Shown in pieces: positions 1 through 10,373 of a stretch of 41,438 nt of DNA. The DNA comes from Emiliania huxleyi CCMP1516. Lineage: Eukaryota. The notes beneath the pieces are model-generated. The model did not search any database and was not told the DNA's origin. It saw nothing but the letters and a program-made list of their open reading frames with translations. Location: assembly GCF_000372725.1 (NCBI RefSeq), contig NW_005201851.1:185953-227390 (forward strand), written 5' to 3'. Made by a program: the position numbers and the translations under genes. Position 1 is the stretch's first letter; the number at the start of each line of letters is the position of its first letter.

Positions 1-1651
1 GAGGCTCTCGCTCGACCTCGGCAATCCGCTCTGGTTAGCGCGAGCGCCCTCTAGGCGCTAGGGGGGCGCATAGCCGTCGACTCCCCCGCTGGAGGCGGCA
101 GCGACTGCCTGCCGGCTGCCCCGCACGTTGATCGGGAAGTTTTGCGGTGAAGACTGTCTGTGTCGGCATCGCCCTGCCTGGCCCTGGGAGCGCTGGGCCT
201 GCGGGTCGCGGACACAGAGGTGGAGGCGCTTGACGGCGGCGGCGGGGGCACCCTGATAATGCATAGCATGCTTCTGTGGATCGATGTAGTACAGTGTGGG
301 GACAGGACGAGGCACAGGTATGTTGCAGTGAGTGAGTATACACACACCACACGTGCTGCACGAATTCTTTTTCGGTTCACACCTGTGTCGAGCCTGTGTG
401 CTGTATGTAGTAAGGTGAAGAACAGTCAGGCTCGGACTGGACACCAACGCGGTATGGGTGGACGCAAGACAGATGATGACGACACGCACGAGCGACACAC
501 AGACACAAACAAGCTCACAAGACACACAGCCAGCGGGCTGCCACACATCCTGAGTGGGCGTACACATCACTCAGGCCACGTCCCCCCTGTCGCCCCCCCC
601 AGCACTCCAAGGTGCCAAGAGACAAACAACAGCACAACAACACAGACAGGCGACAGGGGCGAACGTGTGAGACTAGAGCAGGCTTGCTGTGAGAGAGAGA
701 GAATTCTTGATACGAAACCACGACGACACACACCAGTCGACTCGCATCGGTTGCCTCCATGAACGGCGGAGCTATTCTCGCGCCCACACCACACCTGGCT
801 CCAACGTGGACACGCCCATAGCTGGGGACACTACTAGGTCACGCATGGCATCACAGAAGTTTTATCTCTGGGCCCCGAAAGGCATCTCTAGCAGTGTCGT
901 TACACATGCCCCCTCCCCTCCTGGGCGCATGCGCCTCACGTCTCGCCAGAGCATAAGCCCTTGGCGTGTGGCGAGACGAGTTTTTCGCCATCGCAGCGAG
1001 CAGCAAGCCGCCCGCCGCAAACAGCCGGAGGCATCGCCACGGCACTGGCTGCGCCGCGGTCCCGCACCCGTCGACGCAGCTCCCCCCGCGGAAGACCGCG
1101 CGTAGCAACGTCTTGACGATCGAGATGAGCGCGCTCGAGGCTCGCCCACCTACTGCCCCTGAGAGTTGGTTATGAGTGGGCTCGGCTCCCCCCCTTGGGA
1201 TCGAAGCTTCCACGACCTCACACCCAACACCACAGGTGGGATCAGAGAGAGACTCCGCACCGGACACCGCCCGGGCACAGACTCCCTACCCATCGGATCG
1301 CACAGGGCCCCCTCGGAGCAGCCCACACACAATCACGCATCGGCAGAATTAGTGCCTGAGTCAGGCAGACAGCACAGACAAGGAGAGGAGAGAGAGGAGA
1401 GAGAGAGAGAGGAGAGGGGAGAGGGTGAGGGTGTGTGCACACGTGTGGAGAGGGAGGGTGTCTGTGGTGGGCTGTAGTCGTACTACGTGGTTAAAACCAC
1501 GCGCCCCTCAGGAGCTTAAGGTAGAGTGGAGCGTCCCAGACGCCTCGGTGCCTCCCACCGGGTGAGACCATCCGGATCTGCCTGCCGCGTCCTCCGTACG
1601 CAGCAGTCCCCGCGATGGCCCACGGTCCTCCGTCGCCTGGTTGAACCCCCT

Positions 1652-1697
<46 letters not shown>
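1652..1697. repeat. (CT)n microsatellite
   Basis: Uninterrupted CT dinucleotide run upstream of the deubiquitinase gene. Confidence 0.95.
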
Positions 1698-1700
<3 letters not shown>

Positions 1701-1822
1701 TGCTGTGAGAGACTATGTTGTTTAAATTCTTTTTCGGCGACGGCAAGAGCCTCGGCCAGACGCGATAGCCGCCGAACGATACCCGCCGGACGATAGCCGC
1801 CGGAGCTCGTGAGCGAGCCGTC

Positions 1823-3402
1823 ATGGTTGCGAAGACGGCCAAGGAGAAGATGGCTATTCTGGTAAGAAAGGGCGGCGAGCTGGGCACCTGGGGCCAGAAG
1901 AAGCCCGGCTTCTACAGCCTCTCCATCCTGTACGACGCCGCCGAGAAGCAGGCACGCCGGAGAAGAGCGACGCATAGCACCGCACCTCTCCTCTCCTCGG
2001 CGGGTCGCCGCCTGGTGCGCGCGTGCCGTCCACTGCGAGACCATCGCCGCGCCGCAGCCGCTCGCGCGCAGCAGCGCCACAGCCACGCACCGGAACGCGA
2101 GAGCGGCGGCAAGGGATCGCCTTCCCAGCCGCAAGTGGCCCACTGCTGCCGGGAGTGGCGTGCGCTGGGTCTCAGCTCGCCGCCTTCCGCCTCCCCGCGT
2201 GCAGCGCTCCGCCGGGTACGAGGCCCTCAACGGCAAAAAGTACGCAGAGGGGTACGTCCTCCTGTTTCCGTCTCCCCCAAGTTTTATGACAGGGGGGGGG
2301 GGGCCCCATCCCTCCCTCCCCTCCCTCCTTTTCCCCCTCCTTCCCCTCCTTTTTTTTGGTCTCTTGGACCTTTCGGTCCCTTTCTCCCCCTCCCGGTCCG
2401 GGCCTGGTTTCCCCTCTTTCCCCCTTTCCCCTTCCCTTTCTTTCCCTTTCCCCTACCTCCCTCCCAGGGCCCCAGATCACCCGGTGGTCCCCTCCCCCTT
2501 TTAGGCAACCCTTCCCCTCCCCTAAAATCCCCCCCCCCCCCCCCCCCCCTCTCGCTCTCCCCTCCCTCCCTCCTCACCTTCACCTTCTCACCCCTCCTCA
2601 CCCCTCCTCACCCCTCCTCACCCTCACCCTCACCCTTCTCCCTCACCCTCACCCTCACCCTTACCCTCACCCTCACCCTCACCCTTCTCCTTCTCCTTCT
2701 CCTTCTCCCTCCCCCTCCCCCCCCTCCCCCTCCCCCAAGGTCATGGCCTCCAAGCCAGACAAGAAGACGGCGGAGTTCCGCGCGCTGCAGCGCCAGATGT
2801 TCACCGTCGTCGACGCTCTCGAGGACGTCAAGGCGCGCGAGATATGGGGGAGATAGGGGGGGAGATATGGGGAGATGGGGAGAGATGAGGGAGATGCGGG
2901 GAGATATGGGGAGGTGAGGGGAGATGTGGGGAGATGCGGGGAGATATGGGGAGGTGAGGGGAGATGTGGGGAGATGCGGGGAGATATGGGGAGGTGAGGG
3001 GAGATGTGGGGAGATGCGGGGAGATATGGGGAGGTGAGGGGAGATGTGGGGAGATGCGGGGAGATATGGGGAGGTGAGGGGAGATGTGGGGAGATGTGGG
3101 GAGATATGGGGAGGTGAGGGGAGATAGGGGGAGATGCGGGGAGATAGTCCGCATCTAGGCCTCGAGGTACGGGGAGATATGGGGAGAGATTGCATCTTGC
3201 CGAGATCGAGCCGAGGACCCAAAGGCCTTCCCCACACACCAGAGCTGGGCCGCACACCCGACTGCCATTCCTTCACACGCCAGTGCCCTCCTCACCCCCC
3301 CCCCCCCTTCTGCGCAGGCCCGTCTCTACAGGGAGTGGGGCGCTGCAGACGAGGCCGCCGCCGCCGCCGCAGCAGCAGCAGCAGCGCAGGCTGCCGGCCC
3401 TA

Positions 3403-3470
<68 letters not shown>

Positions 3471-5939
3471 CCACCCAATCCCCCCCCCCTCACCCACCCC
3501 CCCCACCCCCACCCCACCCCCACCCCCGAACCCAGGCTGCCGAGCCGCAGCCCGCCGAAGCAGCGGAGATAGCAGATGCCCTCGCCGCGCGCTTCGACGC
3601 ACTTCGCGCAAAGGCGCCCGAACCAGACCCTCCTCCGCCGCCGACAGCGCCGGAGCCCGCACACGCGTCGTCCAAGGGGGGAGGAGGTGCCGCCGCTGCC
3701 GCCGCCGCCGCTGCTGCCGCTGCTGCCGCTGCCGGCGGCGGCGCTGCTGCGGCGGCGGCTGGCGCGGCGCTCGGGCCGTCGCCGCNNNNNNNNNNNNNNN
3801 NNNNNNNNNNNNNNNNNNNNNNNNNNNNNNNNNNNNNNNNNNNNNNNNNNNNNNNNNNNNNNNNNNNNNNNNNNNNNNNNNNNNNNNNNNNNNNNNNNNN
3901 NNNNNNNNNNNNNNNNNNNNNNNNNNNNNNNNNNNNNNNNNNNNNNNNNNNNNNNNNNNNNNNNNNNNNNNNNNNNNNNNNNNNNNNNNNNNNNNNNNNN
4001 NNNNNNNNNNNNNNNNNNNNNNNNNNNNNNNNNNNNNNNNNNNNNNNNNNNNNNNNNNNNNNNNNNNNNNNNNNNNNNNNNNNNNNNNNNNNNNNNNNNN
4101 NNNNNNNNNNNNNNNNNNNNNNNNNNNNNNNNNNNNNNNNNNNNNNNNNNNNNNNNNNNNNNNNNNNNNNNNNNNNNNNNNNNNNNNNNNNNNNNNNNNN
4201 NNNNNNNNNNNNNNNNNNNNNNNNNNNNNNNNNNNNCGGCAAACTGGGGCGAGGGGGGGCGGGGGTTACGCGAGGTGCCGATCTCGGCGGAACCTCGGCT
4301 GCACCTCGGCTGGTTCTTGGCTGCATCTCAATATTGCCACCTCGGCCGCCTCTCGGCTGCCTCTCGGCTGCATATCGGCTGTCTCTCGGCTGTCTCTCGG
4401 CTGCCTCTCGGCTGTCTCTCGGCTGCCTCTCGGCTGCCTCTCGGCTGTATCTCGGCTGTATCTCGGCCGCACCTCGGCTGCACCTCGGCCGCACCTCGGC
4501 CGCATCTCGGCTGTATCTCGGCTGCATCTCGGCTTGCAGGTGCCGCGGGTACGGCAGACGTCGGCAGAGATCAAGAGCCAGAGGGAGCGGATGGGGCAGG
4601 GACCGCAGGACGCTCGCTCGCGCCTCTCGCGCCACCTGGGCCTGCCTGGCTTCAAGATCCTTGCCTGGTCAGTACACCATCACTCACTAGTCCTGCTGTT
4701 GGTTGATCAGGCTTGCGGGGCTTCAAGATCAAGGACGTGTCTGATTAGTACACATGCACTCACTAGTCCTGCTGTTGGTTGGATAGGCTTGCGCGGCTTC
4801 AAGAGCAAGGACGTGCCTGGTCAGTACACCATCACTCACTAGTCCTGCTGTTGGTTGAGCAGGCTTGCGCGGCTTCAAGATCAAGGACGTGCCTGGAGAC
4901 AACAACTGCCAGTTCCACGCGCTGACCGACCAGCTGGAGCAGCTCGGCATCAGCGGCTGGTCGGCCGTATGCTTAATTAATAGGCTGCCGCATCAAATCG
5001 GCTTAATTAGTAGGCATCAGCGGCTGGTCGGCCATCTCGATGCGGAAGAAGACCGTGCAGTGGCTGAGGGAGAACGGCGAGATTCGGCCCGAGATACACC
5101 CGAGATACACCCGAGATTGGGCGAGATTGGGCGAGATCAGCCGAGATTGCAGCGTTCGGCCCGAGATCCACCCGAGATTCACCCGAGATCGGCCCGAGAT
5201 CGGCCCGAGATCGGCCCGAGATCGGCCCGAGCCCTGCGTCTCTTCACAGCTCTGCCGTGTGAACAGGCAGCCGAGCGATGGACGACGGCTCCGTCGGCGA
5301 GTCGACTCGAGCTGCATGATGATTCCTACTCTCACATGCGGTATTAATGAGACTGGTTGGTGGTCTCACCAGGCGAGTCCTTCAAGCTGCGCGACAGCGT
5401 CGGCGTCGAGGACTGGGACCGGTACATCCGAGAGATGTCGCAGCACGGGGTCACGTGGGGCGACGAGGCGCGAGATCGAGCCGAGATCTAGCCGAGATCG
5501 AGACGAGATGCCGCACGAGATGTGCGAAGCCACCTCTCGGCCGTCCTCCTCTCGAGATCGAAATCAGCCGGAGATTGGCCGAGATTGGCCGAGAGTAGGC
5601 GACGCTGCTCGCGGCCTCCGTCATCTTCAAGACGGAGATCGTCGTCATCTCGTCGCTCTCTCCCGACTACTGCCACACCATCACGCCGCCGGACGTGTGG
5701 AAGGCGCCGAGATCAGCCGAGATGTAGCCGAGGTATCGCCGAGATAACACCCGGCCATGTTCGACCATACCTCGATAGTACCACGGCCATGGTTCGACCA
5801 TATCTCGACCATATCTCGACCACATCTCGATCATATCTCGACCTTATCTCCGCCGCATCTCCGCCAGGTGCCGCTCACGATGCGCATCTACCTCGGCCAC
5901 TTCGCAGAGTTCCACTACGTCTCCACCCGCCCCATCTGA
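1823..5939 (+). CDS. Multi-exon OTU-family deubiquitinase with N-terminal USP8/AMSH-type MIT (USP8_dimer) domain
   Basis: Exons: 1823-1951, 2205-~2293 (low quality), 2740-2832, ~3318-3389, ~3536-gap, 4540-4639, 4863-4946, 5014-~5076, ~5267-5296, ~5373-5467, ~5599-5703, ~5868-5939. Introns are mostly GC-AG. Spliced OTU core reads DVPGDNNCQFHALTDQL...MRKKTVQWL...WDRYIREMSQHGVTWGDEATLLAASVIFKTEIVVISS...IYLGHFAEFHYVST, with catalytic D-x-x-C and H. N-terminal AEKQRSAGYEALNGKKY.E.YVLL...RQMFTVVDALEDVKARLYREW resembles the USP8/AMSH MIT domain. Confidence 0.85.
2570..2683. repeat. Intronic telomere-like (CCCTCA)n array
   Basis: Tandem CCCTCA hexamers and variants inside an intron. Confidence 0.85.
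2842..3190. repeat. Intronic GGGGAGAT-based minisatellite (10-bp units, 40-bp higher-order period)
   Basis: GGGGAGATGC/GGGGAGATAT/GGGGAGGTGA/GGGGAGATGT units repeat with a 40-bp period. Confidence 0.9.
3398..3472. repeat. Intronic telomere-like CCCTAA(CCCTCA)n array
   Basis: One CCCTAA followed by about 11 CCCTCA units. Confidence 0.9.
3786..4236. other. Assembly gap (others at 6455-6699, 7036-7135, 37813-37912)
   Basis: Runs of N. Confidence 1.
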
Positions 5940-5961
5940 GCCGCGCCGCTGCGGCGCTGCA

Positions 5962-6026
5962 CACGCGAGGCACGCGAGGCACGCGAGGCACGCGAGGCAC
6001 GCGAGGCACGCGAGGCACGCGAGGCA
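5962..6026. repeat. (CACGCGAGG)n 9-bp tandem repeat in 3' region (second copy ~9021-9085)
   Basis: About 7 units. Confidence 0.9.
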
Positions 6027-6315
6027 TGCGGCGGTGGCGCGCGGCAGGGGAGGCGTTGGTGTTGGTCGGCGTGGAGGCGGTGGCGCCGGTGGGTGTGGGT
6101 GTGCGGCGTGGAGACGCTTCTGTGTTCTGTGTTGTCTTTGTGTTGAGTCGGGTGGTGTGTGTGTTTGCGTGTGTGTGTGCTGTGTGGCCTCCACCGAAAC
6201 CGTATTGGAAGACTTGGAGGTAGGTAGGTAGGTACTTGGACCGGGCCGCTCCCTCTCCTTGGACCACAGGGATTTTAAGGAGAGGAGGAATTCTCTGCGC
6301 CCCAGTGCCCAGACG

Positions 6316-6901
6316 CACTAATCCCGCGCCCCGGTTTTTTCGCCAGCCTAGTGCGTTCGGTTGATTGAGGAAACCCCTCGCCGAGTTAGCTGCTTTTAGT
6401 CGCGTGCGCGTATGCTCGCTGTCGTTGCAGTCTCTGGAGGCTGCGCCGCGGCTCNNNNNNNNNNNNNNNNNNNNNNNNNNNNNNNNNNNNNNNNNNNNNN
6501 NNNNNNNNNNNNNNNNNNNNNNNNNNNNNNNNNNNNNNNNNNNNNNNNNNNNNNNNNNNNNNNNNNNNNNNNNNNNNNNNNNNNNNNNNNNNNNNNNNNN
6601 NNNNNNNNNNNNNNNNNNNNNNNNNNNNNNNNNNNNNNNNNNNNNNNNNNNNNNNNNNNNNNNNNNNNNNNNNNNNNNNNNNNNNNNNNNNNNNNNNNNC
6701 AGCGGGCGCATTCGAATGCGCCCGCCGCGCCGGCAGACTGTTGGACGGCCACAGTCGCGAAAGTGGGGTGAAATCCGTGCGGCGCAGTGGCAGCAGTGGC
6801 CAGGCGGCCCCTCTCGGGGCCGCGTTGCGCAGGCGCGCCGCGCCATGAGCGGCGACCGTGGTGAGAACGCGATGTGCCACTTGTGGGGGTCGGGATTAGT
6901 G
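6316..6901. mobile_element. CACTA-type non-autonomous element (duplicate of 9375-9960, gapped)
   Basis: Same termini as 9375-9960, offset by 3059 bp. Confidence 0.6.
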
Positions 6902-7217
6902 CGAACTTGGAGCACTTGGAGTGCAGTCATATCAACCTCACACATCCAACACAAACCCTGTCTGCACGTCTCGCGCGCGCGTGAACAGGGCTCCAGGCCT
7001 CAAATGACGTGTGAGTGTTAGAGTTGTTTTTTTTTNNNNNNNNNNNNNNNNNNNNNNNNNNNNNNNNNNNNNNNNNNNNNNNNNNNNNNNNNNNNNNNNN
7101 NNNNNNNNNNNNNNNNNNNNNNNNNNNNNNNNNNNTCCCCGCCACATCTCCGCCACATCTCCGCCACATCTCCGCCACATCTCCGCCACATCTCCGCTGC
7201 CTCCCCGCTGCCCGCAG

Positions 7218-8998
7218 GCCCGATGCTTCCCCCCGACCCTCCCGGCATGCATGCGGCGCCGGCGGCGGCGCCCGCTGCGCCGCCGACGCCGGGTCGCGGC
7301 AGCTGGGGCGAGGGGGGGCGGGGGTTACGCGAGGTGCCGATCTCGGCGGAACCTCGGCTGCACCTCGGCTGTATCTCGGCTGCATCTCAATATTGCCACC
7401 TCCGCCGCCTCTCGGCTGCCTCTCGGCTGCATATCGGCTGTCTCTCGGCTGTCTCTCGGCTGCCTCTCGGCTGTCTCTCGGCTGCCTCTCGGCTGCCTCT
7501 CGGCTGTATCTCGGCTGTATCTCGGCCGCACCTCGGCTGCACCTCGGCCGCACCTCGGCCGCATCTCGGCTGTATCTCGGCTGCATCTCGGCTTGCAGGT
7601 GCCGCGGGTACGGCAGACGTCGGCAGAGATCAAGAGCCAGAGGGAGCGGATGGGGCAGGGACCGCAGGACGCTCGCTCGCGCCTCTCGCGCCACCTGGGC
7701 CTGCCTGGCTTCAAGATCCTTGCCTGGTCAGTACACCATCACTCACTAGTCCTGCTGTTGGTTGATCAGGCTTGCGCGGCTTCAAGATCAAGGACGTGTC
7801 TGATTAGTACACCATCACTCACTAGTCCTGCTGTTGGTTGGATAGGCTTGCGCGGCTTCAAGAGCAAGGACGTGCCTGGTCAGTACACCATCACTCACTA
7901 GTCCTGCTGTTGGTTGAGCAGGCTTGCGCGGCTTCAAGATCAAGGACGTGCCTGGAGACAACAACTGCCAGTTCCACGCGCTGACCGACCAGCTGGAGCA
8001 GCTCGGCATCAGCGGCTGGTCGGCCGTATGCTTAATTAATAGGCTGCCGCATCAAATCGGCTTAATTAGTAGGCATCAGCGGCTGGTCGGCCATCTCGAT
8101 GCGGAAGAAGACCGTGCAGTGGCTGAGGGAGAACGGCGAGATTCGGCCCGAGATACACCCGAGATACACCCGAGATTGGGCGAGATTGGGCGAGATCAGC
8201 CGAGATTGCAGCGTTCGGCCCGAGATCCACCCGAGATTCACCCGAGATCGGCCCGAGATCGGCCCGAGATCGGCCCGAGATCGGCCCGAGCCCTGCGTCT
8301 CTTCACAGCTCTGCCGTGTGAACAGGCAGCCGAGCGATGGACGACGGCTCCGTCGGCGAGTCGACTCGAGCTGCATGATGATTCCTACTCTCACATGCGG
8401 TATTAATGAGACTGGTTGGTGGTCTCACCAGGCGAGTCCTTCAAGCTGCGCGACAGCGTCGGCGTCGAGGACTGGGACCGGTACATCCGAGAGATGTCGC
8501 AGCACGGGGTCACGTGGGGCGACGAGGCGCGAGATCGAGCCGAGATCTAGCCGAGATCGAGACGAGATGCCGCACGAGATGTGCGAAGCCACCTCTCGGC
8601 CGTCCTCCTCTCGAGATCGAAATCAGCCGGAGATTGGCCGAGATTGGCCGAGAGTAGGCGACGCTGCTCGCGGCCTCCGTCATCTTCAAGACGGAGATCG
8701 TCGTCATCTCGTCGCTCTCTCCCGACTACTGCCACACCATCACGCCGCCGGACGTGTGGAAGGCGCCGAGATCAGCCGAGATGTAGCCGAGGTATCGCCG
8801 AGATAACACCCGGCCATGTTCGACCATACCTCGATAGTACCACGGCCATGGTTCGACCATATCTCGACCATATCTCGACCACATCTCGATCATATCTCGA
8901 CCTTATCTCCGCCGCATCTCCGCCAGGTGCCGCTCACGATGCGCATCTACCTCGGCCACTTCGCAGAGTTCCACTACGTCTCCACCCGCCCCATCTGA
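7218..8998 (+). CDS. Second (5'-incomplete) copy of the OTU deubiquitinase 3' exons
   Basis: Same exons as copy 1, plus the exon PMLPPDPPGMHAAP...GLRE, which mostly falls in the gap of copy 1. Confidence 0.7.
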
Positions 8999-10094
8999 GC
9001 CGCGCCGCTGCGGCGCTGCACACGCGAGGCACGCGAGGCACGCGAGGCACGCGAGGCACGCGAGGCACGCGAGGCACGCGAGGCATGCGGCGGTGGCGCG
9101 CGGCAGGGGAGGCGTTGGTGTTGGTCGGCGTGGAGGCGGTGGCGCCGGTGGGTGTGGGTGTGCGGCGTGGAGACGCTTCTGTGTTCTGTGTTGTCTTTGT
9201 GTTGAGTCGGGTGGTGTGTGTGTTTGCGTGTGTGTGTGCTGTGTGGCCTCCACCGAAACCGTATTGGAAGACTTGGAGGTAGGTAGGTAGGTACTTGGAC
9301 CGGGCCGCTCCCTCTCCTTGGACCACAGGGATTTTAAGGAGAGGAGGAATTCTCTGCGCCCCAGTGCCCAGACGCACTAATCCCGCGCCCCGGTTTTTTC
9401 GCCAGCCTAGTGCGTTCGGTTGATTGAGGAAACCCCTCGACGAGTTAGCTGCTTTTAGTCGCGTGCGCGTATGCTCGCTGTCGTTGCAGTCTCTGGAGGC
9501 TGCGCCGCGGCTCCCAAGCGGCGCGTGACCCGTGCCAGTTTTGGTAAGGTTTTGCGCACCCTCTCAACTGACTCCCTGAGGCAGGGTGGCGCGGGTGCGG
9601 GGTGGCTCGGCAGCTCGGCGGGAGGCCTCCGACCCGGCTACCTTGTGCTGTTGAAGTTGCTGCAGGAGACGCCGATGACGATGGCGCTGTCCTCGCGGCT
9701 GGCCAGCGTCCGGGCTCGCTGGCGCGCCGCCCGGGATAGCACTGACAGTCTGCCGGCGCAGCGGGCGCATTCGAATGCGCCCGCCGCGCCGGCAGACTGT
9801 TGGACGGCCACAGTCGCGAAAGTGGGGTGAAATCCGTGCGGCGCAGTGGCAGCAGTGGCCAGGCGGCCCCTCTCGGGGCCGCGTTGCGCAGGCGCGCCGC
9901 GCCATGAGCGGCGACCGTGGTGAGAACGCGATGTGCCACTTGTGGGGGTCGGGATTAGTGCGAACTTGGAGCACTTGGAGTGCAGTCATATCAACCTCAC
10001 ACATCCAACACAAACCCTGTCTGCACGTCTCGCGCGCGCGTGAACAGGGCTCCAGGCCTCAAATGACGTGTGAGTGTTAGAGTTGTTTTTTTTT
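7296..10094 (+). repeat. Near-identical 2.8-kb duplicate of 4237-7035 (offset 3059)
   Basis: Only scattered differences, several near the start of copy 1. The 245-N gap in copy 1 matches 9514-9758 exactly in length, and the copies are separated by a 100-N gap. Confidence 0.95.
9375..9960. mobile_element. Non-autonomous CACTA/EnSpm-like DNA transposon
   Basis: TIRs CACTAATCCCG (9375-9385) and CGGGATTAGTG (9950-9960). CG flanks both sides as a 2-bp TSD. No transposase recognised. Confidence 0.65.
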
Positions 10095-10139
10095 CTTTTC
10101 TTCTTCTTCGACTTGTTTGGTATTGCTAAAAATCTCTCT
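10008..10139 (+). mobile_element. Severely 5'-truncated copy (3' end only) of the RLE non-LTR retrotransposon
   Basis: Matches the reverse complement of 21191-21283 and ends in a (TC)n tail. 8-bp TSD CACATCCA at 10000-10007 and 10140-10147. Confidence 0.75.
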
Positions 10140-10373
10140 CACATCCAGGGGGCCGGAGCTAAGATGTAAGAAGCGCACACCCAGCGGGCCGGATGATCGA
10201 TATCGGGTTGCGGGCAAGAGAGCCCTAGCCCTGGGGGGATGCGCGGTCGCAGGGCCATAAGCGGAGTGTTTTTCTTCTTTTCACCGATCTGCTCCGCGCG
10301 AGCCACAGCTCTCGCAATCAGTGGCTGTCGCAAACGCCACCGTGGCGGGGCTGGCTCTGCGCGCACAGAACTG

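Noticed and set aside
1..1500. ORFs in the first 1.5 kb
   Set aside because: No recognisable domain or consistent exon structure.
2570..3472. True telomere or chromosome fusion site
   Set aside because: The arrays are short, mostly CCCTCA, and lie inside introns of an intact gene.
4288..4533. ORFs translating as SRLYLGCISA / AEIQPRYSRD repeats (also 13740-14210)
   Set aside because: These are translations of intronic CTCGG repeat tracts.
4237..10094. Tandem duplication of the OTU gene as a real event
   Set aside because: Near identity, flanking N gaps, edge mismatches and complementary gap filling indicate unmerged contigs or haplotypes. Read depth would settle it.
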